Under the pieces are notes generated by a model. It was given only the letters and a program-made list of their open reading frames with translations. It made no database searches and was not told the origin of the DNA. From Nitrospirales bacterium (lineage in GTDB: Bacteria > Nitrospirota > Nitrospiria > Nitrospirales > UBA8639): a stretch of 64,000 bases of DNA. Each line of letters opens with the position of its first letter. The stretch's first letter is position 1. Shown here piece by piece: positions 17,752-27,323 of the stretch. Location: assembly GCA_029261275.1 (NCBI GenBank), contig JAJDBR010000109.1:2627-66626 (forward strand), in the 5' to 3' direction. The position numbers and the translations under genes are program-made.

Positions 17752-18681
17752 CTATTTGATGACAAAATGCCCCCGCCGATTTTCTTGCCAGCAGGCTTCG
17801 GTTGGTTCCATGCAAAACGGTTTCTCCTTTCCATAGCTCACCACCTGAAGATTTTCAGCCGGCACTCCAAGATCTTGCAAATAATGTTTCACCGCTTTCG
17901 CTCGTCGCTCGCCAAGAACCATGTTGTAGCTTCGCGTTCCCCGTTCATCACAATGCCCTTCGACCACAATTTGCGCATCCGCAAATTTCTCGGATAATAA
18001 CTGAGCATTGGCCGTCAACAAAGTCCCCGCATCATCTCGAATCGAAAACTGATCATAATCAAAATAAATGTCGCTCAGAGCTTTCTCTAGCGTTTCTTCG
18101 ATGATTTCAACCTGCTCTAGCTCTTGTGGCATCGCTTTGGCCACCTGTATTGGTTCTTGTTCGGGCCGCAGTTCAGGGGTTGGAGGAATCTCGGCTTGAG
18201 GAGTCAAGGCACCTTTATCGTAAGACTCTAGTGGCAACGCAGGCATTTCTGGTGTAAGGGATTTGGAAGGGATCCCTGTCACTGGAGGTTCTACAGAAGG
18301 CATGAATGTTGCTATTGGCTCATCAGCTGGCACAGGTGCCAAATCTTCAGAGAAAGGAGAAATTGCAGATGCGGCATCGGTACTTTTCGGTGTCGAAAAA
18401 ATTTCTGCTGGAACTTGATGCCGAGGAACCGACCTAGCTGGTGCTTCCACAGGAATATCCATCCTGATCTCTTCCTGGATTGGTAAAATAGCCACTTCTT
18501 CAACAGCCACGGCCTCGGGTTCCAATTGGGCAACTTTCACCTCCTGAGCCTCCGTACCAGACACAATGGTCGTGCGCAATTGAGAGCTACACCCCGACAA
18601 CAAACCCAGGAGACACCCACCGACCACCCCTATCTTAATCACATGAATCATCAGAGAACTCATCTTGCGCTGTCTTATCAT
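17752..18681 (-). CDS. Pal-like OmpA-family peptidoglycan-associated lipoprotein with long acidic Pro-rich linker
   Basis: Lipobox LSGC; C-terminal IYFDYD, VEGHCDERG..YNMVLGERRA, VSYGKEKP, ENRR. Confidence 0.9.
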   Translation of the reverse strand: MIRQRKMSSLMIHVIKIGVVGGCLLGLLSGCSSQLRTTIVSGTEAQEVKVAQLEPEAVAVEEVAILPIQEEIRMDIPVEAPARSVPRHQVPAEIFSTPKSTDAASAISPFSEDLAPVPADEPIATFMPSVEPPVTGIPSKSLTPEMPALPLESYDKGALTPQAEIPPTPELRPEQEPIQVAKAMPQELEQVEIIEETLEKALSDIYFDYDQFSIRDDAGTLLTANAQLLSEKFADAQIVVEGHCDERGTRSYNMVLGERRAKAVKHYLQDLGVPAENLQVVSYGKEKPFCMEPTEACWQENRRGHFVIK

Positions 18682-19028
18682 ATAACACCTCCCAATCTTG
18701 CACTCACTTCAGAAAAGTAAATCCTGCAAACCATATTCATTGCAACCTTCCAACAATTCAACTGTAGAAAGTCCCTTCTTAAAGAGTCAAGGATATACAT
18801 GAAAAAATGAATAATATTTCCAGATTATGCCTATTATCCATATGAAACCAATAGATTCTTCTTGTATCTCCACAAGAAGAAAGCCTCTTTAACAAGGGAA
18901 AATTCCCTGGGGTTTTTCTCCATCCCCCTCACTCCAAGTCGAGATAGGCCTAATAGGATCTTTCTACCTCGACGCAGGCCGCGGCCACTAATTTTGAATC
19001 CCAAGAAATAAGGCAGACACGAAAACGG

Positions 19029-19943
19029 CTAGGATAAATGTAGTCCGTCAGGCAATGATTCAAGAATAGCAGATTTCAAGGCTCCAACAAGTCCCTCCTT
19101 TAAATACCTCGTTCTCAAAGTGAGATAGATCCCTCGTTGTGGTTGTGTGCCCGTGAACGTTCGCAAAAGCTTTTTTTCTTGGTAATTGAATCTCCGCGTT
19201 GAAAGATAGGGCAATAGAGTATACCCAAAATTTTCTTGAACCAGTAGGCGAAGGGACTCAAGATTCCCTATTTTAAAATTTAAATGCCCAGGAAGCTGCG
19301 AGACATCCTCTCGAAGATGGCACGTGTTGATAATTTCATTCCGCAAACAATGGCCCTCTTCCAGCAACCAAAGGTCTTGCAGCCTGATATCGGAAACCAC
19401 AACCTGATCTTTCTTCAGAAGCCCATTATGCTTATTGGCAAATAAGAGAAACTCCTCATCATATAAATGTATCTGAATAAATCGTTTCGCATCCTCCTTC
19501 GTCGCCAGAATTGCCACGTCGATTTCTTCGCTCTCTAGCCCACGAAGGCAGCTCTGTGTGGTCATTTCCGAAATGGTGATATCAATGCCAGAATAATGAT
19601 CGTTGAATAATTTCAGGAAAAGTGGGACCAAGTATGGGGATATCGTTGGGATAATGCCAACACTCAATTGCCCCAAAACACCATGTCGTTGGGCCTGTAT
19701 GATTTCTGGAATGCGCATGGCTTCCCCACAGACCACTTTGGCCTGTTCGATAATGAGCTTTCCGATTTTGGTAGGAAGAATGGGGGAGCGGGAGCGATCG
19801 AAAATACTCACTCCTAACTCCTCTTCTAATTTCTGAACCTGTAGACTAAGAGTCGGTTGACTCACATTTCGCAACTGTGCGGCACCCCGAAAGCTTTGCT
19901 CTTTCGCGACCGCCAAAACATATTCAATTTGCGTCAAAGTCAA
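19029..19943 (-). CDS. oxyR: OxyR-like LysR regulator (H2O2 sensor)
   Basis: LysR HTH (VSQPTLSLQVQKLEEELG), LEEGHCLRNEIINTC with both OxyR redox Cys; TTG start with GGAGG SD. Confidence 0.88.
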   Translation of the reverse strand: MTLTQIEYVLAVAKEQSFRGAAQLRNVSQPTLSLQVQKLEEELGVSIFDRSRSPILPTKIGKLIIEQAKVVCGEAMRIPEIIQAQRHGVLGQLSVGIIPTISPYLVPLFLKLFNDHYSGIDITISEMTTQSCLRGLESEEIDVAILATKEDAKRFIQIHLYDEEFLLFANKHNGLLKKDQVVVSDIRLQDLWLLEEGHCLRNEIINTCHLREDVSQLPGHLNFKIGNLESLRLLVQENFGYTLLPYLSTRRFNYQEKKLLRTFTGTQPQRGIYLTLRTRYLKEGLVGALKSAILESLPDGLHLS

Positions 19944-19958
19944 ATCTCAGCCTCCGCG

Positions 19959-19983
19959 ATAGATAATAACTATCAGGGTATAG
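19959..19983. promoter_or_regulatory. OxyR-type binding site in divergent promoter
   Basis: ATAG-N7-CTAT-N6-ATAG, matching three of four tetrads of the OxyR consensus. Confidence 0.65.
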
Positions 19984-20171
19984 GAAAAAAGAATTGTACT
20001 TATCTCGTCATTCCTGCGATACCTATATCATACAGGGGAACAGCGGCATTGAGGAACGCATTATTGCATACGGAAATGAGCAGTCAATAAATGAAAGACG
20101 AGTGGCTACTGCCAATATTCAAAACTCCTGTTTTCCAGGAAAATACCAGTTAGTATTCATCATAAAGGAGG

Positions 20172-21257
20172 GTGACCATGAAACAACTTGCCACATTAAG
20201 GACCAATGCCGTGCACAAGAAACGATCAATCTCTGGCTTCTGGATCATCATCAGTCTACTCTTTGGGTTTAGCAGTCCCTTGATGTCCTGGGCAGCCCTT
20301 CCAGGAGAAGAAGATTGGGAGGCCCCATTAGGGCTAGATGGGGATTTCATTGTGATCCCCAAAGATAATCCACTGACAAAGGAAAAAGTCGAACTGGGAA
20401 AACTCTTATTTTTCGACAAACGTCTTTCAAAAAACAACACTATTGCTTGTGGAAATTGTCACCTGCCGAGCGTCGCCTTTACCGATGGGCAACCGGTCTC
20501 AACAGGCATTCACCGTTTACAAGGAAGACGCAGTGCGCCAACCTCCATCAATCGTCTCTTTAGTACCGCTCAATTTTGGGATGGACGCGCGGCTACATTA
20601 GAAGCGCAATCGACCGGCCCCTTTGTCAGTCCCGTTGAACATGGTTTTACCAATCATGACGAATTAGTAGCCAAACTCAACACCATCAACGGATATCAAG
20701 CCCTCTTCCAGCAAGTGTTTCATGGACCTATCACAAAAGACCGTGTGGGACACGCCATCGCTAGCTTTCAACGAACCCTTCTCTCTGGCAACAGCCCCTA
20801 TGATCGATTTGACTATGAAGGAGAGGAAGGCGCGATATCCCCTGCCGCCCAGCGCGGATTAAAATTGTTCTTAAAAAAAGCTCGGTGTACTCGATGCCAT
20901 TCTGGGTTTAATTTCACGGATGAAAAATTCCATAACTTGGGGATTGATTGGGACACGGATCATATAGATTTGGGACGATTCACCGTCACAAAAAATCCTG
21001 AAGACATCGGAGCATTTAAAACCCCCACCTTAAGAGAAATTTCTGGTACCGCCCCATACATGCACGATGGACGATTTGCCACATTACGGCAGGTCGTAGA
21101 GTTCTACAATAAGGGAGGGATAAAAAACCCTCATCAAGACAACACGATCATTCCCCTTGAATTAACCGGCCCAGAAAAAGAGGATTTAGTAGAATTTCTC
21201 CAGACACTAAGAGGCGAAGGATGGCAAATGGAGCCCCCAACAAAATTCCCCAATTAA
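20172..21257 (+). CDS. Di-heme cytochrome c peroxidase (CCP/MauG family)
   Basis: Signal peptide, CGNCH and CTRCH, FWDGRA, FKTPTLR, APYMHDG. Confidence 0.94.
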   Translation: MTMKQLATLRTNAVHKKRSISGFWIIISLLFGFSSPLMSWAALPGEEDWEAPLGLDGDFIVIPKDNPLTKEKVELGKLLFFDKRLSKNNTIACGNCHLPSVAFTDGQPVSTGIHRLQGRRSAPTSINRLFSTAQFWDGRAATLEAQSTGPFVSPVEHGFTNHDELVAKLNTINGYQALFQQVFHGPITKDRVGHAIASFQRTLLSGNSPYDRFDYEGEEGAISPAAQRGLKLFLKKARCTRCHSGFNFTDEKFHNLGIDWDTDHIDLGRFTVTKNPEDIGAFKTPTLREISGTAPYMHDGRFATLRQVVEFYNKGGIKNPHQDNTIIPLELTGPEKEDLVEFLQTLRGEGWQMEPPTKFPN

Positions 21258-21261
21258 AAAA

Positions 21262-21285
21262 CTCCACCCGGCCAAACGGGTGGAG
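21262..21285. terminator. Hairpin immediately after peroxidase stop
   Basis: CTCCACCCG/CGGGTGGAG 9-bp stem; the A6 run lies 5' of it, so the U-tract is on the minus strand. Confidence 0.6.
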
Positions 21286-21605
21286 AACATTATCGAATGA
21301 TGGCTTCTGCTTTCTCATGAGTTGAAGCCATCATCCAAACATACCAGTTACCACTCTGAACTGAGGCGAAGTCAACCCATATGCCTACCCATGGCTTCAA
21401 ATGAAAACGGCTCGTGGGCACAAGAGTTTTCCTCAACAAGAAGTTCGTATTTGGGAAGATGCGTTGATACGATCCGTTCCGAAAGAATGGCCTTCTGCCT
21501 CCCCTAGCAAGGCTCCTGCAGACAGCTGCCTGCAGGAACTCTGCCCCTGAATCGAAAGTAGTGAAAATCGGGTTCAATCACTGAAGAGTCCATCTCTGCC
21601 AAGAT

Positions 21606-23177
21606 ATGCAAAGAAAATTACAACTTCAGGTATCACCATACATTGCTGCAAGTGCGCCATTACTTGCTGAAGAAATCTGCGCGCATCTGTCCCTCGAAAA
21701 AAATACCCCGCTGCAGCACAAAATCGTAAAACGCAGCATCGACGCTCGCGGAAAAGCCGTACGGATCAATCTCAGCATTCTTGTTGCCGTTGATGAAGAA
21801 CTTCCTCGAGAACATTTTTCCATGGATTACCGTGACGTTTCTTCTTCAAAAAAAATCTGCCACATCATCGGAGCCGGGCCCGGAGGATTATTCGCAGCAC
21901 TGCGTTGTTTGGAATTAGGCATCAAACCCATTGTGATCGAAAGAGGCAAAGATGTTAAGGCACGGCGGCGTGATCTCGCAGCTATCCATAAGGAACATCG
22001 AGTAAATGCTGACAGCAATTATTGTTTTGGCGAAGGTGGCGCGGGCACCTATAGCGACGGCAAATTATATACCCGATCGAACAAACGAGGAGATGTTGAA
22101 AAGATCCTTAAAACCCTGGTTGTTCACGGCGCCAGCGAAGATATCATGGTCGATGCACATCCGCATATTGGCACCAACAAATTACCCCACTTGATTCAAA
22201 ATATCCGGAAAACCATTCTGAATCATGGGGGGGAAATCCTTTTCAATACCAAACTGATCGATTTCCAGACGCACGATACCACCATCGTTTCAATTTTGCT
22301 CGACAACGAAACAGACGTAAAAGAAATGCCTGTCACACATCTCATTTTAGCGACAGGTCATTCAGCCAGGGATATTTATGAACTACTGAACACCAAGCAC
22401 ATTCTTGTAGAAGCGAAGCCGTTTGCAGTTGGTGTAAGGGCCGAGCATCCTCAGGAACTCATCGACCATATCCAATACCATTGCCGCACGCCGGAAGAAG
22501 TGCGCAGTGCACGAGAGTATCTCCCTGCGGCCAGTTACAGCCTAGTTCAACAGATACATGGGAGAGGCGTCTATTCTTTTTGTATGTGTCCGGGTGGCAT
22601 TATCGCCCCCTGTGCGACGGCACCACAGGAAGTGGTCATCAATGGTTGGAGTCCCAGCAAACGAAACAACCCCTATGCCAACAGCGGCATCGTGGTTGCA
22701 CTTGAACTCAAGGACTTTGAAACCTATAAAGAACATGGCCCCTTGGCAGGACTGGAATTTCAAAAGACCCTCGAACAACACGCCTGGACCCATGGAGGTC
22801 AAACTCAAGCAGCCCCAGCGCAACGGTTAACTGATTTCATGACTGGCAAAATCAGCTCGTCGCTTCCCAATTGCAGCTATCAACCTGGCATCAGATCAAG
22901 TGACATACGCCAGGTTCTTGGTCCCATGATCAGCAAAGCCTTACATGCCGGTTTTCAATCCTTTGGTGGAAAAATGCGGGGCTACCTGAGCAAGGAGGCG
23001 ATACTTGTTGGAGTAGAATCGCGAACCTCCACGCCGGTTCGCATTCCACGCGACAAGGATCATTTGCATCATCCCCAGTTAGTGAACCTTTTTCCATGCG
23101 GAGAGGGTGCCGGTTACGCTGGTGGCATCATGAGCGCGGCCATGGACGGAGAACGCTGTGCTAACAATTTAAAATAA
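21606..23177 (+). CDS. Uncharacterised FAD/NAD(P)-dependent oxidoreductase (COG2509-like)
   Basis: IIGAGPGG, FGEGGAGTYSDGKL, ATGHSARD, FCMCPGG, GEGAGYAGGIMSAAMDG. Confidence 0.92.
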   Translation: MQRKLQLQVSPYIAASAPLLAEEICAHLSLEKNTPLQHKIVKRSIDARGKAVRINLSILVAVDEELPREHFSMDYRDVSSSKKICHIIGAGPGGLFAALRCLELGIKPIVIERGKDVKARRRDLAAIHKEHRVNADSNYCFGEGGAGTYSDGKLYTRSNKRGDVEKILKTLVVHGASEDIMVDAHPHIGTNKLPHLIQNIRKTILNHGGEILFNTKLIDFQTHDTTIVSILLDNETDVKEMPVTHLILATGHSARDIYELLNTKHILVEAKPFAVGVRAEHPQELIDHIQYHCRTPEEVRSAREYLPAASYSLVQQIHGRGVYSFCMCPGGIIAPCATAPQEVVINGWSPSKRNNPYANSGIVVALELKDFETYKEHGPLAGLEFQKTLEQHAWTHGGQTQAAPAQRLTDFMTGKISSSLPNCSYQPGIRSSDIRQVLGPMISKALHAGFQSFGGKMRGYLSKEAILVGVESRTSTPVRIPRDKDHLHHPQLVNLFPCGEGAGYAGGIMSAAMDGERCANNLK

Positions 23178-23892
23178 TATAGATGTTCCATTTGGCTATT
23201 CATCAATGTCACCAATGGTAATCGAAAGACGAAGCATGAAGGTCCCGCGTAGTTCACATGTTAGGCGTTATAGTTTCGACAGTTGAACGTACTCCTGCCC
23301 CTGAAAGCGCCTGTTTACGTTTTTTTGGTCACTCTACTTACATTCACCCACATCATCGATTCGGAATTTATTCAACTTGCACCAGCCCTACATAAGATAC
23401 CTGAGGTATTCCCGGTCAACCCCTTGATTTCAAGAGACTTTAAAAAGGGCCTACCCGAGCTGGACCTTAGGAGTTTTCGACAAAGACGACCAGCGATAAA
23501 CTGGAAACCCTGTCAGCAGCATGAGTGAGCCAGCCATTCCTAAAAGGGAAAGAGGAGAAATGCTGAGCGATGAGAACGGTATACCCCTGCCCCACATAGA
23601 ATCTGTGTTAAAAACATTCATCCAAACACAAAAACGCCTAGGGTAAACGTCACTCACGAGGCAAAGAATAGATCAAGAAGTGATCGAGCTGGGAAGGGAG
23701 GGAATTCATGAACTTTACAGACAGTCAAGCAAAAACCTCAGAAAGGATAACCAGGGCCTATTCACTCCATTCTCTTTTCCCCCTGTCCATCTGGACCACT
23801 ACAAGCTACCCCCATATCCATCCCCAGACAGATCGGTAGGCAACCTGCCGTCTGGCATTGATGATCTTTAATGTTACCTGAGCCTTTAAGTT

Positions 23893-25842
23893 TCAAAGGT
23901 GTGGGATGGGTAGAGGGGAAGGGAACTCCGTCGTACCGTGAATCGTAAACCTAGTTGGCGAACTCCAGGTGCTAGACCCAACAGAGTTCCAGGCTCGTAC
24001 CCACCAAGTCCCTTCCCCTGTCGCAAGAGTAATCTCCGGAGAGATTGAACATATGCCAGTTCCATCAGAACATCCGGCTGCTGCAGCTCGCACCCATTGC
24101 TGTATCACATTGCCCGTGCTGTCATTTACCCAGAGCTTGTACGCCATGGCCCCAACCACCGCATTCCAAGAATAAGTGAGCCTGTCGTTTGACGTGGTAC
24201 CAGAGGGAGAGAGCGGGAGTGGAACAAAAGGTGGGACAGTGGCCGCCCCGGGAATCGTAAACGTGAGCGGCGAACTCCAGGGACTAACCCCAAGAACAGA
24301 GCTCCAACCTCGTACCCACCATGTGCCCTCCCCTCCAGGAAGAACAACCTTAGTAGAGATCGAACATATGCCAGCTCCATCAGAACACCCGACTGCGGCA
24401 GCTCGCACCCATTGCTGTGTCACATTGCCCGTGCTGGCATTCACCCAAAGCTTGTACCACGTAGCCCCCGGCACGGCCTCCCAGGAATACGTGGGCATGC
24501 TATTCAAAGGATCCACAAGACCGGAGGGAGTCAGTGCCGTAGGTGGCAAGAGGGCTTGGGCAGGGTAGATATGTTGGAGCCCCGCAATATCATCCGCCTT
24601 GAGCAAAGCTCCTCGATCATCAAAATGAGGAAAACTTCGCATCGTGGCATGGAAATTTTGTGAATGACCAAGACCAAGAATATGCCCTAATTCATGGGTC
24701 GCCACTTCTGCAAATTTGGCATCGTTAGAATAAAAACTACAATCCTCCCACCCGTTATTAAATAGGATATCCCCTTCGATAATTCGAATGAATTCTTGGT
24801 TATTCACAATGCGCGTTTGAAGAGGCCATGGTTGATTAATTCCAGCACTAGCCAGTAATCCCCCACAACCAACCGGGTCTTCCATGATGTTTAATGGATC
24901 ACCAAATGAAATGTTGGTTATTCCATCGGAGCCATCACCTTCGGCGGTAGTAAATCCCCCATCTTTGAATCGGAAATTGGCTCCTTCGACGTTGCTCCAA
25001 GCCTCAAAGGCTTGACGAATAATATCAAATCCTAGTCCGGAAGCTCCCGGCTGCCCATTCGCATTCATAAAAACCTCAACCGGTTCCCCTTCATCCGGTT
25101 CGAACCATCGGGAGGAGAAGCTGACCGCATCGAATTTTGTCTGATCCTCTAAGACTTCATTAGCTGTGAGCTGAGGAGAGAGGAACGTTAACGCCGAAGA
25201 AGAGGGTTCCCGGGTTGCCTGAGTGTGTAATTGCTTAAAGATCTGCTCCTTAAACGCTTCAAGCTCCCTCGGCTGCGGGTGAGCATCGGCAAAAGGAATT
25301 AACTGATCACTCTTGCGTTGCAAGACGTAGGCTTCCTTCGATAGATCCAACTGGAAGAGCATCTCCTGACCAGTTTGAGGATCGAGGGCAACAGAAAATT
25401 TCCCAAGAGCTAAATGTGCCACCCGAGGTGTGCCATCTGCATTTTTGGAAAGGAACACGAGGACTTTTTCCCCTTTTGTAAAGGTCGGACTCCCATATAT
25501 CACGCTTCTTCGGTTACCCGCGATTCCACCACCCTGCTTAAGAACAAGAGTCTTGGTAGAAACGACTCCTTTTAAGACTTCATCAAGAGAGAGGGTCACT
25601 AGTGTATAAATGGCTTGGGAACTTTCCTCCTGATAACTCTGAATCTCTTCAACCTTTCCAATAATAATAGCATTGGCGTACTCGATGAAGGCCTGGTCAG
25701 GAATGGGAATCAGGACGGTCGCCCACACAAGCTTGGATAAGAAAAGAGCCAAGAATAGCACCAGGCTAATAAGACGCCAAACATAGGATTGTTGAAAAAT
25801 GGGGGGGATAGAATTCCACACTTTTTTTTGAGACTGTTCCAT
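23893..25842 (-). CDS. Secreted matrixin-like zinc metalloprotease (metzincin) with two C-terminal Fn3-like repeats
   Basis: Signal peptide; HELGHILGLGH plus Met-turn ATMRS; two about 105-aa repeats. Confidence 0.88.
   Translation of the reverse strand: MEQSQKKVWNSIPPIFQQSYVWRLISLVLFLALFLSKLVWATVLIPIPDQAFIEYANAIIIGKVEEIQSYQEESSQAIYTLVTLSLDEVLKGVVSTKTLVLKQGGGIAGNRRSVIYGSPTFTKGEKVLVFLSKNADGTPRVAHLALGKFSVALDPQTGQEMLFQLDLSKEAYVLQRKSDQLIPFADAHPQPRELEAFKEQIFKQLHTQATREPSSSALTFLSPQLTANEVLEDQTKFDAVSFSSRWFEPDEGEPVEVFMNANGQPGASGLGFDIIRQAFEAWSNVEGANFRFKDGGFTTAEGDGSDGITNISFGDPLNIMEDPVGCGGLLASAGINQPWPLQTRIVNNQEFIRIIEGDILFNNGWEDCSFYSNDAKFAEVATHELGHILGLGHSQNFHATMRSFPHFDDRGALLKADDIAGLQHIYPAQALLPPTALTPSGLVDPLNSMPTYSWEAVPGATWYKLWVNASTGNVTQQWVRAAAVGCSDGAGICSISTKVVLPGGEGTWWVRGWSSVLGVSPWSSPLTFTIPGAATVPPFVPLPLSPSGTTSNDRLTYSWNAVVGAMAYKLWVNDSTGNVIQQWVRAAAAGCSDGTGICSISPEITLATGEGTWWVRAWNSVGSSTWSSPTRFTIHGTTEFPSPLPIPHL
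23930..24545 (-). repeat. Two tandem coding repeats, 315-nt offset
   Basis: GCTCGCACCCATTGCTGT at 24086 and 24401; protein motif YKLWVN.STGNV.QQWVRAAA.GCSDG.GICSI twice. Confidence 0.9.
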
Positions 25843-26601
25843 AGGAATACGCTCCAGGCTTGGAGGGAAAAAATTCGAACACGGCTTCGTGCAGACCCCA
25901 CCAGTGCAATCAGCTCACCACAATGCCCCTTTCGGTAACCCATTGATTTGACTTAAATGTTTCGTGAGCTCTTGAATAGAGCTAGACAGCCATCTAGGGA
26001 ATTTTTGCCCTGTAATGAACACTTTTTCCCAAGTATTTTGCTTGAGGGATTGAGGTATGAAGCTAAGCGCAGAGGGTCAATGGTGCAGAACCCAGGAGGG
26101 AGGGAGGATGGACGAGGGCCTAAGACATCACTTCTCGCAAGAATGGGAAAAACCCTATTGATGGCAAGAAACGAAAATCTGAGAAATTCTAGAAAGGTAA
26201 TGGAAATGTCTCGACACAATGAACGGGATGCTATAGAAGTGGCGGGTCGGAAACTTTAAAAAAAGAGATCAGAAACCCCAGACAAACCGTAAGATAAAAC
26301 AGTCACCTCGCATGGGATACCTGGGAGGCTGTTTGTCACAACCTAAAAAGAAAAACCGATACGACCTTGTCCTTGGTCATACCGGCTTCATCAGGGAAGA
26401 AAAGAGTGAGATTATTCAGGAAGCATTCAAAAGTCTGGCCCCCCTAGGAGGAACCCTTCTTGAAAGGGTCGAGAATTTTCTAGGCCGTCCGGCATCCCAG
26501 GGCAAGGGGGATTCAAGGATCCCTTCAGAGAAATCAGGGGAAGACCCAGGAACGGAATCCAGTGCTCCCTCTAAATAAAGGCGAGCCCAAAAGGGAGGCT
26601 G

Positions 26602-27123
26602 TCAAGGGACGGGAACTCCGTCCACTGGAACAAGTTGAACGGCTGCTGGGCTGTCCGGCATCATTGGAAGTTGAACGGCTGGTGGGCTGCCCGGCATCAT
26701 TGGGCTAGGGGATTCCGCATGGTTCCCACCAGAAAAATCAGGAGGGGGCGGAGAAACGGAATCCAACGCGTCCTCAGGATGAGGGCTAGCCTCAAAGGGA
26801 AATTCATCTGGGGAAGGGACCTGAATCTCGTCCAAGGCTCCAGGGTTGTCGGGCAAGGGGGAATTGCTGGAAGGCGGGTGAACGGTTCCCATTTGTGCCA
26901 CAATGATGTTCCCCCGGCCTGGCCCATTGATTTGAAGAATGTCGTTATTCTGGGGGTCCTCCACCTTAAGTTTTCCACAATGAGTTAATTGAGTGGGACT
27001 ATCCGTGTACACGTTGTGACCAAACTGATCAAGACAACGGTACAAGGTGGTGCCCGCGAGAGAGGACCCTCCAAAAAGAATAAATCCGGAAAAGACTACC
27101 AATATTGAATTTAGATTCTTCAC
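26602..27123 (-). CDS. Secreted DUF4124-like protein with Pro-rich tail
   Basis: Signal peptide; LYRC.DQFG..VYTDSP..C; Pro-rich C-terminus. Confidence 0.75.
   Translation of the reverse strand: MKNLNSILVVFSGFILFGGSSLAGTTLYRCLDQFGHNVYTDSPTQLTHCGKLKVEDPQNNDILQINGPGRGNIIVAQMGTVHPPSSNSPLPDNPGALDEIQVPSPDEFPFEASPHPEDALDSVSPPPPDFSGGNHAESPSPMMPGSPPAVQLPMMPDSPAAVQLVPVDGVPVP
26632..26703. repeat. Two tandem 36-bp repeats (PMMP.SP.AVQL)
   Basis: AAGTTGAACGGCTG[C/G]TGGGCTG[T/C]CCGGCATCATTGG twice, two mismatches. Confidence 0.92.
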
Positions 27124-27323
27124 CAGGTGCTTCCCTTCTTTGGCAAAATTCCTTCCAATTCGTCAGAGAGACAAACTAGCCCATATCCCCATTCTGCTCA
27201 AATTGAGGTCCTGCCCACCGAGACTAAAAGTCCCGGTGGGCAGGAAGCATATTTGCTTTTTAATCCAAGGAGGCTTGATTGCAGATACCCTCACCCACAG
27301 TCACATGTCCCCCCGTGCAAGGG

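Noticed and set aside
21262-21577. IS200/IS605 remnant (hairpin resembles such element ends)
   Set aside because: No HUH or catalytic Tyr motif and no TnpB fragment recognisable in any frame.
25930-26030. c-di-GMP-I riboswitch upstream of the matrixin gene (minus strand begins GGAAAAAG...ACAGGGCAAA and ends GGGTTACCGA, like the Vc2 aptamer ends, at similar spacing)
   Set aside because: The core is missing: no GNRA-capped P1b stem, no GACGCAAAGC junction, no tetraloop receptor. It is chance similarity or a heavily decayed copy; cmsearch with RF01051 would settle it.
25953-26578. ORFs 25957-26259 and 26312-26578 (+)
   Set aside because: Low-complexity products without motifs; the second is the antisense of the degenerate DUF4124 duplication.
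26602-26604. Selenocysteine readthrough of the TGA in the DUF4124-like gene
   Set aside because: The aligned position in the first copy is Asp, not Cys, and no convincing bacterial SECIS hairpin follows.
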